A stretch of DNA of 63,155 nt from Octopus bimaculoides (lineage: Eukaryota), in NCBI RefSeq assembly GCF_001194135.2, contig NC_068982.1, positions 159,472,630 through 159,535,784 on the forward strand. Direction: 5' to 3'. Every line of letters begins with the position of its first letter. The stretch's first letter is position 1. Made by a program: the position numbers and the translations under genes. The notes under the pieces were generated by a model. The model searched no databases. It worked only from the letters and a program-made list of their open reading frames with translations, and was not told the origin of the DNA. Shown here piece by piece: positions 13,202-26,163 of the stretch.

Positions 13202-13249
13202 GTCTCTGATGAAGGGCTTTACCTAATAAGCGAGAAACATCTGTGAGAC
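13202..13249 (+). ncRNA. Degenerate type-I hammerhead ribozyme at a probable PLE 3' end
   Basis: GTCT / CTGATGA / A-gg-GCTT-tacctaat-AAGC-ga / GAAA / CATCTGT-G / AGAC. The core is intact and stem I has 4 bp. Stem III ACATCTGT is one change from the palindrome ACAGCTGT, and the cleavage position is G (non-cleavable). Confidence 0.6.
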
Positions 13250-14547
13250 TAGCTTTCTCTTTATAAATCTCCTACACAGTCTTGGTTTTGTTGTCACATT
13301 TTTTTTAACATAATATATGTATATAAATATATATACAATACGACCCACACACATATGTGTGTGCATCGTTGTGTCAGTATTTGTCTCCGTAATTTAGAGG
13401 TTAGGTAAAATAGTCCGATAAATAAAGAAAACGGAAATATATATAAGTACTGAGGTTGTTTCATCCAACTACAGTTTTTTCAAGTCAGAGGCTAATAATT
13501 GGAAGACGTAAAAGAAAATATTAAAGACACACGCGTGCGTGCACATACACACGCACACTCACCAGTGCACGCGAGCGTGTGCACACACACAGAGGCATGT
13601 TTTATATCGTTCAGCAGAAATTACAAATTGAATGTAGAGCAGAGTGTTTTGTACTTGGCATTATCAAACGCCTTCAAATCTCGGAGTCAGCTTTGTGTAA
13701 TTTGATCTATAATTATCTGTGGACCCCACCATATATACTTATATATATAATCGTATATATATATGGGGGGTGCTTTGCAATACTTGTGTTGATGCATACT
13801 TAAATTATATATACATAGAAATGAACGTATTTTGCTATAAGTGACGATGAAATATATTCAACTAATACATTTCAACCTTTCGAATTATATTTCAATATCC
13901 GGTGTGTAAATACTGGGAGAATAACTGTTAGTTTCTTTTATTGTATTTGTGAATAGATGTATTTATGTTCACACTGTTAGAGCAGACATTTTTCATTGTT
14001 TGTCATTATTTACTCTGGAAATATTTTAAAATATCTTACGTCAGTAATACACGCCTTTTAATTCTATAAAATCAAATTATGTAAATTCTTGCTTTCTCTA
14101 CCAAAGACATAAAATGAAAATGCAAACAGAATAGCGTTTTTAATGTAAATCTTAACAAATATTGCTTTGAGAATGTCAGTCCCTCATATTTGCTCCGTAT
14201 CGACGACGGAACGTTTGGTTTGTATGAATATCCACTTAATTTATGTTCACAACAGTTCCTACAGGATTGCCATGTTTGCTCACTCGCTCTAAGATTTTAG
14301 TATTATAGATTAATAGTTATACATTTGCTGTAATATTTTTACTCAAGAATGTTAAATGGTGGTGATGTTGTTAGTAGAAATTTAGTCACGACAACAATGC
14401 TTGTTTTTTTTATTATATACACGTATGGATGTATATGTATATACACATACATACACACATACATACGTATGTACATATATATATATGTGTATATATATAT
14501 ATATATATGTGTGTGTGCTTGTATGTATAAATGCATGTATGTATGTG

Positions 14548-14660
14548 AGGGTGCATGGCTTAGTGGTTGGAGTGTTGCACTCATGATCGGAAGATCGTTA
14601 TTGTAATTCTTAGACTGAGAGGCGTGTTGTGTACTTCAGCAAAACAAAGTTGCTCTCACG
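14548..14660 (+). mobile_element. tRNA-derived SINE 5' fragment (family C)
   Basis: gggtgcatggcttagtggttggagtg..gcgtgttgtgtacttcagcaa..cacgttgctc is homologous to the head of the SINE at 36626. Confidence 0.6.
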
Positions 14661-15299
14661 TTGCTCTGAAATAGGGCTAGACAATCATTTTATATCGTCA
14701 TTAACTTACAGCCTATTTGTCGCTATACGTGGCGATGGACTTTATAACTTCATCGCAGTCTCAAACACGAAGGGCACTACGTGTTAGTTGTTCTAAGCTT
14801 CCTATCAGTTGCTACTCAAGCACGCAACTATGAACCCACCGCATCTTATGTTGTAAGCTAGTAAAATTCATAAGATGATCGTTTATTCCTTGTAATCTAT
14901 TAGATTTTTTACTGCTCCCTACTCGACTACAAACAGCATGTGTGTCCAGTGTTGTACTCTGTCGGATTCACAAATAGCGATGTTACTTGTGCTTTACACC
15001 TTTTAATTTTTTTTTTTTTTTTTTTTTTGCCGTAAGAGAGATTATTTTGTCTTTAGCAGTTGAAACATCTCGCAAAATTATTTTAATTATCTTATCCCTT
15101 AACACTGCTTGACGCTGATACTACTGTATTGTTGAAAATTGTAACGTTATTAATAATGCCTTTTCCTGTATTTCATTATCAGATGTAATAGATTTCCAAC
15201 TAAAGGATTTATATACAACTTGGACGTCCCAAGGGAAGTCTCTCCAACATTTCATGTGTCTCAAATGCGACATCCACGTTTCAGATGTCTATATCAAGG

Positions 15300-15570
15300 A
15301 ATAGAATGCACAACCATGATAGACAACAAATCTGGTGGCTAGTTCTGAGAGCTACTTCAGCAAATTCGTTTCTTGAACGTTGCCAAGGCAATTCATTCTA
15401 AGCCTTCAAGTTCATTTCAGAATATAGGGATTTAAATCTTTCTATAGCGAAACTCTTTCTTCTACTCCCTTCTATTGCATCTGATTGGTGCAAAAGATCA
15501 CATTTGTTGCACCTACCATATTACCTGATTTAAATCCGCCTTGAGAATCTCGGACAATAACATAGCATAT
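15300..15570 (-). mobile_element. Degraded LINE RT fragment (RTE-like)
   Basis: A minus frame reads VRDSQGGFKSG..ATNVIFCTNQMQ*K, resembling SQCGFRxGRxTxDMIFxxRQLQEK. Confidence 0.35.
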
Positions 15571-16776
15571 ATATATGTGAGCACTCAATTCATTGAAAGT
15601 CTGGCAATAGCTATCTTACGAACAGTTAAATCTAAGGAAATACAGTGATCGTTACCAGAGATGGAAATGAAAACTTTTTAACCTTCTACAGCGAAATATG
15701 TACAGCATTTCTCTAATCCTATAGATTGTGTATGCATTCTCCACGTTGACAATTAGGATAGTCACAAAATCAACCAATGCATTCTTCCGGCTGCTAAATC
15801 ATCAGGTCTGACTTTTCATGGATTGATGCACTCAGTGTCAATTTCAATATATTCAAAGTTATTATTTTCTAGTTTTTCAGTGTCATTATTGTGAAGCGAT
15901 TGTGAAAACAAAATTGAAATGTCCTAACCATCTTTTCAAAATACTTTCAGTACCATTGATTTTAAGTTAGATTCATCTTATAAGAGGAGAGTAGAAATAT
16001 TTGATTGGTAAAGACTAAATATCTCTTTGGTTTTATAGTTTGTTTTATATTTTTAGGAAATCAGATACAAATTCTGCTTGATAAAGATAACTGAGAACTA
16101 TCTGATCAGCTAGACATCAAGTATAAATTAAATCAAAAATTATTCAATTTACCTAGACAGTAAAGTACATATATGTGTCCTTCATGGTTGTTAGTACTCT
16201 CTATAAAGCTGAATGCTGACGATTCCATAACTGTTTGATCTTCAAAGGTTCCTGTCTAGTTAAATAAACACACGCACACACACCACACATATCGCACACC
16301 ACACACACGCCACACACGCACTCACACACACACTCACACACATACACACAGTCACACACACATATATATGCATATGTATACATGCACACGCATACCTACG
16401 TATATACACATATATGTCTCTAGTACCACTCGCTTTTAAATGCCGATTATAAAATATTTCTCCAGCACTAATTTTTACAAAAATGACTGAGGTCTTATAA
16501 TTTTTTACAGAATACTAAGTTGTAAAAGACACACTTTCTTGTTTTAATAATGTTTTAGTTTATATTACATATCGTTAAATACCAAAAGGACAACAATCTA
16601 TATATTTATTCGTTTCTACTTCATCTAATTGGTCATTTTGTTCCACAGCCTTATGTTCAGTTTACATTCTTACGTAGATTGCAATACCAAAGCTAAGTTT
16701 GTTATTAATATTAATAGAATCGTACATTATTTACATTATTTACATTTGACGGATATTCGTCCTCATCTTGTTTGTT

Positions 16777-16822
16777 AACACAACGTTTCGGCTGATATAC
16801 CCTCCAGCCTTCGTCAGGTGAC
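16777..16822 (-). ncRNA. Intact minimal type-I hammerhead ribozyme (PLE pLTR)
   Basis: Minus strand: gtCAC / CTGACGA / A-GGCTG-gagggtatat-CAGCC / GAAA / CGT-T / GTGtt. All core nucleotides are present, with palindromic stem III ACGT and a GUU site. Confidence 0.9.
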
Positions 16823-16859
16823 TTGGGGAAATTTCGAACCTGGGTTCTCATTCCTATCG

Positions 16860-16916
16860 ATGTTACTATTATTATTATTATTATTATATTATTATTATTA
16901 TTATTACTATTATTAA
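16860..16916. repeat. (TTA)n microsatellite inside the PLE 3' region
   Basis: Directly visible, just internal to the left HHR arm. Confidence 0.9.
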
Positions 16917-18223
16917 TCAGGTCGCTGCCNNNNNNNNNNNNNNNNNNNNNNNNNNNNNNNNNNNNNNNNNNNNNNNNNNNNNNNNNNNNNNNNNNNNNNN
17001 NNNNNNNNNNNNNNNNNNNNNNNNNNNNNNNNNNNNNNNNNNNNNNNNNNNNNNNNNNNNNNNNNNNNNNNNNNNNNNNNNNNNNNNNNNNNNNNNNNNN
17101 NNNNNNNNNNNNNNNNNNNNNNNNNNNNNNNNNNNNNNNNNNNNNNNNNNNNNNNNNNNNNNNNNNNNNNNNNNNNNNNNNNNNNNNNNNNNNNNNNNNN
17201 NNNNNNNNNNNNNNNNNNNNNNNNNNNNNNNNNNNNNNNNNNNNNNNNNNNNNNNNNNNNNNNNNNNNNNNNNNNNNNNNNNNNNNNNNNNNNNNNNNNN
17301 NNNNNNNNNNNNNNNNNNNNNNNNNNNNNNNNNNNNNNNNNNNNNNNNNNNNNNNNNNNNNNNNNNNNNNNNNNNNNNNNNNNNNNNNNNNNNNNNNNNN
17401 NNNNNNNNNNNNNNNNNNNNNNNNNNNNNNNNNNNNNNNNNNNNNNNNNNNNNNNNNNNNNNNNNNNNNNNNNNNNNNNNNNNNNNNNNNNNNNNNNNNN
17501 NNNNNNNNNNAAGGAGATATTTGCGAAGTGTTGTATTGCTCTTGAATACTGCCCTGATGTCATATGGGCCGCATATCTTTTGTATCTTTTCGGAGAGGCC
17601 TTTCACATAGGGTAGACAGACTGTAGACAGTTTATTGGTTTCATCCTCTCTTTTCTTCATAATTGGAGTAGATAGTATGTTCTTGGGGTAGTTGTTTCTT
17701 AATAGATTGTTACTGAGCTTGATCATTTCCTCGTGGTGGGTATCACGATCGCTACTTATATTCTTTGCTTGGTGTTTTAGGCACTGAGCAATTCCTCTCT
17801 TTACACTGTATGGATGGTGGGAATTGAAGTTAAGGTATCGTCCAGTGAAGGTTGGCTTGCAATATACGGATGTCCTGAATCCATACTCGGTGGAATGCCA
17901 TACTCGGTGGAATGCCATATTCGGTGGAATGCCAGCTGATTGTTCTGTTCCTTTTCCATGGTGAACTGTATGGATGGATTTATTGAGTTCACATGATCTA
18001 GCAGCATTTGGACATCTTACTGGTGGAGCCAGAGAATAAAGGTGTCATCAACGTATCGCAGCCATAGGGTTGGTTTTAGTGGTGTTGATCCTAAAGACAA
18101 ATTCTCGAAGTATTCCATGTATATATTGGCTATTATCGGTTATAATGGCGAACCCATAACTAAACCATCGTCTTGTCGATATATATCAATGTCCATACTG
18201 AAGCAGGTTCGAAATTTCCCCAA

Positions 18224-18268
18224 GACACCTGACGAAGGCTGGAGGGTATATCAGCCGAAACGTTGTGC
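18224..18268 (+). ncRNA. Intact minimal type-I hammerhead ribozyme (inverted pLTR copy)
   Basis: gaCAC / CTGACGA / A-GGCTG-gagggtatat-CAGCC / GAAA / CGT-T / GTGc; the core is identical to 16777-16822. Confidence 0.9.
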
Positions 18269-19661
18269 TAACAACAAACAAGATGAGGACGAATATCCGT
18301 CAAATGTAAATAATGGAAATAATGGAAATAATTCCTCATCTCTTAAATATAGAACTGTAATAGAATCGTAGCTGAATATTTCCAGAAGATATCAATATAC
18401 TTTATAGTCAAGTAGAAAAGATACGATGCTCCACTTGAGAGGGATTCTGTTGACAAACACAAACGAAAACAAAAGAATGTGCTTAATTATAAGATACTCT
18501 AATACGACGAGCATACAATAATTGGTGAAAATGCTATTGCTTCAGTAAATTGAAATTAATTTGTTATTTTATTAATCCAATCCAGTTAATTTTACTTGCA
18601 TTCTCGAATATATACACCTAAAACCAATTATTGTATATGATACATCATACAAAGCAGGTTGTTATATAAAGGGTTGCAGGAAAATTTACTAACTCAAATA
18701 ACAGTCGCTAAAAAGCAATATTGATTAATCTCTTTTTCATTGCTTATTGCAAATAAATTTTAAACTGAATTTTAAAATATATTTTATAAACAGCAATGCG
18801 CAAAACATTGTTCAGTGTTCAATATAAATAATGAGGACAAATATCTGCAATATATTTCTAATGCTACCTAATTTCTTTAGGTCTAAATAAAATTGAAAAT
18901 CACTACGTTTACCACAAATTATTTCCGATACATGCTAAATCAGAAGCATTGAAATGGGTATAATAGAAAATGCTATGCTTAAAACAACATTTCTATATAT
19001 TTAGATTTGTTGGTGATTGGAATAAGAAATATGTTTTAAAAATTATTTTTTTTTTTTATATGAGTGGCTTAAAATTTAGATATATCTATACAAGCATCAT
19101 AATTCAGAGATAGTTTCTTATGAGCCAGAATGTATTGTTTCTATCGTATTTTAAGGATGTAATTTTCTTATCTCATTCGAATATATTGATTTCTTATGTT
19201 TAACTGATACCATCAATTATACCTGAAAAATATAAATAATAGAAGCAATATCCAACATTTTAAATGTCGTACTTGAAACCCCATTTGTGTGATATAATAC
19301 GAAAATGCATGTAGTTTGTATCTGGTCTGACAATTTTCATAGAGTACCTAAATACGGTGAGGTATTTTACACTATATATTTTTTAGAGATTTGGGCTCTC
19401 AACATAAAGCCACTTAATTTCGCATAAGACAATAAATTTTAGAAAGAAGTTTAATGCAAGCTTCTAATTTAAATACGACACTTGTATATATAGATTAAAG
19501 GTAAGAAAAGAATGAATAAACGTCAACCTTTGCAATGCAAACTGGAAGTATCTACAATCAATAATATTCTTCAGCTGTAATCAATTTTTGCGACGACCTC
19601 TATATTACGATGTACAATGGTAATTTATTTCATACGATATTATATTTGGATATTTAAAATT

Positions 19662-19880
19662 GGTTTCAAATTTTGGCACACGGATGCAATTTCAGGCCAA
19701 GGGACAAACCGAGTACATCGACCCAGTGCTCAACTGTTTCTTATTTTATTGAGCACAAAAACATGAAAGGAAAAGTCGACATCGGTGGTATTTGTACTCA
19801 AAGTGTAAAGATGGACGCTAAGCATTATGCCGCTAAGCATTATGCCCGGAACGCTACCGATTCTACGAGCTCACCGCCTT
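19662..19880 (-). mobile_element. tRNA-derived SINE (family A) with an internal 15-bp tandem duplication
   Basis: Reverse complement starts aaggcggtgagctcgtagaatcggtagcgttcc. GCTAAGCATTATGCC occurs twice at ~19817-19846. Confidence 0.85.
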
Positions 19881-20192
19881 AATTTTGGATATTTAATATT
19901 AAGGCCGTAATCAATAATTGTATTCATTTCTAACGTAAAATAGAAAATTAAATAATGAGACATATCTTATATTGATATAAGTCTAATCTTTTGTAGAAAT
20001 ACAAGACGAATACAGAACTAATAACAATAACATAATTCCATGACCAAAATGTCGGTTTCGATAAATATAAGACTTAGAAATATGTGTGCATACGTAACTG
20101 TGTGCGCTTGTATGAATGTCTGTTTTGTTGCACATCTGTATGTAAGTCAGCATCTATAAGTGTTTCTGGGTGTGTGGGTGTGATGTTTGTGC

Positions 20193-20235
20193 ATATATAT
20201 ATGTATATATGTATATATATATATATGTATATATA

Positions 20236-20313
<78 letters not shown>

Positions 20314-20353
20314 GAGAGACAGNNNNNNNNNNAGAGAGAGACAGAGACAGAGT

Positions 20354-20429
<76 letters not shown>

Positions 20430-20520
20430 GAAGAGTGAGAGAGAAATAGATAGATAGATCTATAGACATACATGTACATGTACATATACATGCATGTATG
20501 TATATGTGTATGTAGATATA
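20193..20520. repeat. Compound microsatellite (TA)n-(GA)n-(GACA)n-(GATA)n-(TACA)n
   Basis: Directly visible, with a short N gap inside. Confidence 0.95.
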
Positions 20521-21059
20521 TACAATCGATCAGCACACAATATATAACGATATGATATCTTATTCAGTAAAAAAAAAACAGTAATGTATATTATACGTAT
20601 GCAGATAAGAATCAAAGCAATATTTGATGAAATCAATATCATGAAGATAGATGTATACATATATGCTTCTACGAGGGGTTAAATGTAGATGGAAAATACG
20701 TTCTTTATCTAAAACTGTATTTGGAAAGTCAAATATATATGGAGATATAATATAATATGGTTCACATTTTGCAATCGATTTAAAGTTAATAATATCTAAA
20801 AGTTGTGTAACATTTAAAACATTTGAATCGCGATTTTATGACAACTTAATTATGATTACTGTGGGAGACCGTTAATGGTGTATAGTGCCACATACACCAA
20901 GCATAACTGTAAGTTAAATTAGCACTACATAATATGATATGCAGTAGTTAATAGATGAAATGTAGTTTTGGAGACAAATATGCACTATTATATCCACAAT
21001 TATGTCTGCTATGTCATGCAGAATGCTGGTTACAACTGATTGAGAAATAAGTATTTCTT

Positions 21060-21950
21060 TGCTCTTAGATGATATCTCTGGACGGGTCAGAAAAAAACGC
21101 TCATTTCAGGAGCTTCAGTTCTCTTTGGGGGTGCTTAAGTGGATACTGTCAGGTACATCTTTGATTGTTGTGTACTGGTATAAGAAAGTATCTTCCACCG
21201 GCCGTATGTGTTTCCAACATGTATCAGCAATCTCTCAGCGGGAATAATAGCATACTCCACTGGTTAACTCTGGCAGAGACAAATCTGATCCCCAAACGAA
21301 GGAACACGCTCATGGGTGAAAACTACCGGTCCATTGCATGTCAGAACATGTGTAAAATATATATAGCATGTTTCAACTTCTTTCTTCATGGGCACTTTGA
21401 AAGTAATAATCACTACAGAAGAACAAATAGGTGAGAAGAAAGGAGTCGGGAGATGTGCCGTTCAAGCGTTGATAAACAAAACTATAATGTCAAGAGTGCA
21501 GGATAATAGGAGGAACCTACTTTCAATGTGGTTAGACTACAAGAAAGACTTTGACAATATCCGTACTCTCTAAAGTTCCGGAAAGAATAGTCAGAGCCAT
21601 AGATGAACTGCCTCCATCGTATGCTACCATCTTCAAATTAAATAGAAGGTGCGATTGTATTATAATAGATAAAATACACTATCGCGTAGGTACATTTCAA
21701 TGGACAGCCTTTCTGCGATGCTGTTCATACTTTCAGTTAAGCCCCTGTTGTTCATGTTGAGGATGTCTGAAAAGTATCTCACTGGTTCACCAAAAAAGAG
21801 AAATACCAAACTTGCACGTTGCTTTTTTGTGGATGACATGAAATTCTATGCCAGGAATATGCATAAGATGAAAAAGCGTTGTGTTATGAACAGGTTACAA
21901 AATTCTCAAAGTACACAGTGTGGTCAGAATAAATGTTACGTTACAGTTGT
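21060..21950 (+). mobile_element. Restriction-like-endonuclease (R4/Dong-type) non-LTR retrotransposon, decayed RT
   Basis: ENYRSIACQNMCKIY, EEQIGEKKGVGRCAVQALINKTI..RRNLLSMWLDYKKDFDNI, DSLSAMLFILSVKPL and CFFVDDMKFYA in shifted frames. Confidence 0.85.
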
Positions 21951-22250
21951 TGTTTTAAATTATCTATGACACTTAAACCGTGTGTAGTGATTTCAGTCTC
22001 CTAGTAATATAGAACAATAGTCACGCCTTCAGCTGTGTCCTAGTATTGTTAGTTCAATCTTTAACACAAGACATATTCTTTAATATGAAAGCTTCCGCTA
22101 ATAAATAATATACCCATTCTGTCGCCTAATATAGGAGTAACAGTTTCTCTGCTTCCCCAATGCTTATTGGATATTGGACAACTATTTGCATGAATGTGAG
22201 AAACAAACACACATCGGATACATACACAACACACACACATATACACACAA

Positions 22251-22282
<32 letters not shown>

Positions 22283-22299
22283 GTACACACACACACACA

Positions 22300-22950
22300 C
22301 ATACCTCTTATATCCACCTTCCTCTTCCCCCTTCATCGTCAACTCTCCCTCATAAGCTCATCCCACCCCACCCTAACACACTCCTACTCTACCTTACCAC
22401 TCCACCCCATCCAATTCCTTACACCCACCGCTACCCACATNNNNNNNNNNNNNNNNNNNNNNNNNNNNNNNNNNNNNNNNNNNNNNNNNNNNNNNNNNNN
22501 NNNNNNNNNNNNNNNNNNNNNNNNNNNNNNNNNNNNNNNNNNNNNNNNNNNNNNNNNNNNNNNNNNCCTCCCAACACCCTCACATCACACCACGCACACA
22601 CTACAACTGACCAATTCCTTTCTTCCCTCCCCATTTTCACACATGCATACGTCAAGATCACCAGCCTTCTATCTCTCACACACACAGCTCCTCGTTCTTC
22701 GAACACCGTTCTTTTTCCCCCCTTTGTTATCTCCCCCTTTTCTTAGCCCTCCTGTGTAAACTTTCTAACTTCCGGTCAGCAGAAGCTATGATAGACCGTT
22801 GACCAAACACCATTCAATATTTTTTCTCCGTGTTTTTCTCCTTGTTTTTCTCCGTATTCATTCTGTTGAAGAGCGTAGCTCGAAACGTTAAAGACTTTCC
22901 GTATTCCCGAGCGTCATACACCACCTGTCTTCGTCTGCTACAAAATATAT
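22300..22950 (+). mobile_element. Probable non-autonomous PLE-derived repeat (C-rich body, HHR-like 3' motif)
   Basis: Pyrimidine/C-rich body followed by CTGTTGA-A-GAGC-gta-GCTC-GAAA-CGT-T at 22863-22889, the same layout as the HHR at 18224 but with a non-canonical core. Confidence 0.4.
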
Positions 22951-24544
22951 AAATATACTTCTGTGTACGTAGTTGAAAATTTATATGATTTCAAATTCCA
23001 ATAGAATTGTCCAATAGCATTTCTTTCTTTCAGAATATTGCAGATGTTTTATCTGTTTCACTCTTTTATAATTTCATGTATTTGTATTATACACGCCGGA
23101 TATTTCAGTTTTCATAATAGGTTCGTCAGTACCATTTCAGTTGATGGCGAGATTTTTATATGTTTACCTTTGTCTCAGCTGCATAGCACCTCTTGTAAAT
23201 CACTTCTCTTCTGAATGTGTTTCAAATACGTCCAAATTGCTTTCATATAATATGCAGTAACTCTCTTTAGCAACATGTTTCTGAAGCACATCATCTCAAA
23301 ATGCTGTCTTGGGGAAACATATGCATGCACTGAAATTATATTCGAATAAAAATGGCTGTCCTGGGAAACATTATTGCAATCATCACGCCGTTCGTCCATT
23401 CACGTTCATCTCCGACTACATTAGATATATATAGATTTCTTTGTGATTGTAGGGAGATTTCTTCTGTTATTTCGGTAGGCTGAGTGCAGTTGTTACATCG
23501 AAATTTTCTTATTGTATCGGAATCAAGTGTAAAACATTGCTTATATTGGGTTACTACAGTTTTGTTTTATTACCATCCGAAAAGCTAGCTTGCTTTATAA
23601 AATATCACCACTAAGAAAGTTATGCATGTATTTATAGGAGGTCTTAATTAGATTTTATAATTTATCTTCTTTGAAACTGAAAATACACTGAATTTGCACA
23701 CGGAACAGATTTAGTGACTTTAAATACGAACCGAGCAAATAAGTGAATGCATAGTCAGTGCATTCACTTAGTCAGAAATTACGAGATAGTCCATGTAACC
23801 AGGACGGACAGCATAATACAAACAAATACCATCTATTTAATTTCATGTAATTAATACTTCCCTACGAGGAAAATGCTGATGGACAGGCATTAAATATTAG
23901 CCCACGAAACATTTGCATTTATTTTGTGTTTGTGAATAAGCTTAAGGGGAAATTGTTGTAAAGCCTACCATAAATTTTATTAATTTAAGACTTTGACATT
24001 TACAATGTAACAGCTGAAATATCTTTCTACATAGATATATCACAGATTAACAATTGACATTTTCATGAATTTGGTCGAAATACAACACTTCCCCTGATGG
24101 TAGACGAAGCACATCTACTATAGATAAGAGTGCAGATTAGAATTTCGTTTTTCTTTTTGTTCTATTTTTGTTTTTCAATATTAGAAATTTTACCTAACAA
24201 ATGTAACTTCAAGACTGGTGCTGGAAAAAATATAGAACTAGATAGAAACGGAATAATTTAAGATATTAAGTTTGAATGCATAGCAAATGGAATCGCGTTC
24301 TTTAAGTTGTAACGCACGTATTTTTATGAAGATGGTGCTTGTAAAATTAAGTTTGATTCAATGTGAACATAGAAAAATGATTAATTGCATTTAATTCCGC
24401 TGTATTATTAGAAGATTGTATGATATTGTCGCATGAAGGACAGATATTGAGGATTAATGCTTTTCTTTATGTATTGGAGATTTTGCTACATTGACTATGA
24501 GTTGTAGAGCTGAGAAGAAATCATGGTTTTAACATGGTTTAAAA

Positions 24545-24760
24545 ATGTTGGTGCAAGGCCAGCGACTTTAGGGTTGGGGCAAGTTGATTACAACGGCCCG
24601 TATGTTCATCTAGTATTTATTTTTATCGATTCTGAAATGATAAAAGTCAATACCGACTTCAGTGTCATTCGAAATGACTACGTAAACATCGACGAAATGC
24701 CGTTAAGTATTTTGTCCACCGTGCTAATGAGTCTGCCAACTTGCTACCTTAAGTCTAAAC
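24545..24760 (-). mobile_element. tRNA-derived SINE (family A)
   Basis: Reverse complement aaggtagcaagttggcagactcattagcacggtggacaaaatacttaacggcatttcgtc aligns to the other family A copies. Confidence 0.8.
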
Positions 24761-25925
24761 GAATTATACTCGTTGTTATTAATGTTATTTAGACTCAGGC
24801 AGAAATCACGCAACAGACCTATGTGTGAATATATTTTTATAAAACATTTAATCAAACGTAGTCAAACCTTGATCAATCTGCCATCTCTCAAATGATACTG
24901 TATCCACAACAAAAATTTCATTTTCCCTTTAGCTTTTTAAGATGGTGAAGTGATTTTCCACACAGATAAGAAGGAAGGAGAAGGAGACGTGTAATGATAG
25001 TGTTTGAGTGGTTGGAGTAAGTGACCAGGGAATATATGTCAAACCGTGTGTTATGCTAGCATATGTTTCATTTAAGGCCCACATTGAGCTTACTTTATCA
25101 TATGTGTACCCATAGATCACAACAGGCACATATTCTATAATTTCAATTGAATCCTTTATGTAGACAAAGCACATCTATTTTCTTGACGCTAAAGCGGACC
25201 TATCTTCCTTCGTAACTATTGAAATTTTCTGTTCGTTAATTGTACATTTAAGACACTTTAATAGCAAATTTATTTCCTCTAGAATTTCAGTTTCAGTTCC
25301 CGATATTTTCTGCTCTAAGAGTCAAAATATTTGCATAAAGCTATTCCATAGGTAGCCGATCTTAAACGCCTGTGTTATGGCATCGCGAATTATAATACAT
25401 AGTAAAGCTTGAGAACTAGAAGACAGCCTTCATATATCTCCACCTACCGACGAAATTCATCAATTAATCTTTTGGTGGTACTCAAATTGATGACTGTCGT
25501 TTCTTGCATAGCCTAAGTGGCCCGAGTTCCGCTAGCGACCAGCAAATCTGTATACGAGAGACCCTGTTAAACGCATTCCCGAGATCGATAAATGCTAGAC
25601 ATGTGTGCGTATTCCTAGCTATGTCTGCCATGTTTGTTGTCTCAGATGCCTATTCAGCTTCGTTGCAGATCTACTTGATTTAAAGTTTAGGCTACAGAAG
25701 TAAGTTGTGACTTAATGTGCTCTCCCAACTGGCTACGTCTATACACGTTCTCACTATTATATTGCCGTAGGGCTTTCCGTTATACAGAGTGACAAATGAG
25801 GTCATGACACAGAGATATTTATACGTCACTGCATTATACTTACAAGCGTTTGTGCAACATAAGTACTACTCTTTGAATCACCGTGATTCGTACTGAGTGT
25901 GAGGCCGAAGCGAGATGACTCAGCA

Positions 25926-26163
25926 GTCTTACAGAATTCATGACTTGGATATAACCACGAATCGTAGTGATGTAAATAATTAAATTGTATATGTGATATA
26001 CTCCTTACAGGATAAACTCTTAATACAGTTAGATAGTGAAGATTGACTAAAAGAGATAGTCCACGAATGAAAATAATATATAATCTAAAATTATATAGAA
26101 ACGTTCCTAAAAACAGCTGCATAAAGTAATGCTATTACGATTATACATATGGTTTTCAATATT
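25926..26163. repeat. Left arm of a ~240-bp inverted duplication
   Basis: Its reverse complement matches 26881-27120 (for example AAAACCATATGTATAATCGTAATAG and TATCTAACTGTATTAAGAGTTTATCCTGT). Confidence 0.9.

Larger units (their letters stand above)
16724..18326 (-). mobile_element. 5'-truncated Penelope/Poseidon-type PLE with inverted terminal arms (3' pLTR left, inverted pLTR copy right); internal assembly gap 16930-17510
   Basis: Minus frames over 17511-18200 read QDDGLVMGSPL*PIIANIYMEYFE..WLRYVDDTFILW..VNSINPSIQFTMEKEQNNQLAF..TSVYCKPTFTGRYLNFNSHHP..CLPYVKGLSEKIQKI. 16724-16842 is the reverse complement of 18204-18326. Confidence 0.93.

Noticed and set aside
15183-15305. Acceptor plus open stretch DVIDFQLKDLY..CLKCDIHV
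   Set aside because: Adjoins a degraded LINE on the opposite strand and has no identifiable domain.
23175-23420. Possible RT core remnant on the minus strand (F*DDVL)
   Set aside because: Too degraded to support a call.
25470-25700. CpG-richer stretch with a ~70-codon open frame and a GTAAGT donor
   Set aside because: No start codon or homology; it could be a non-coding first exon but there is no direct evidence.
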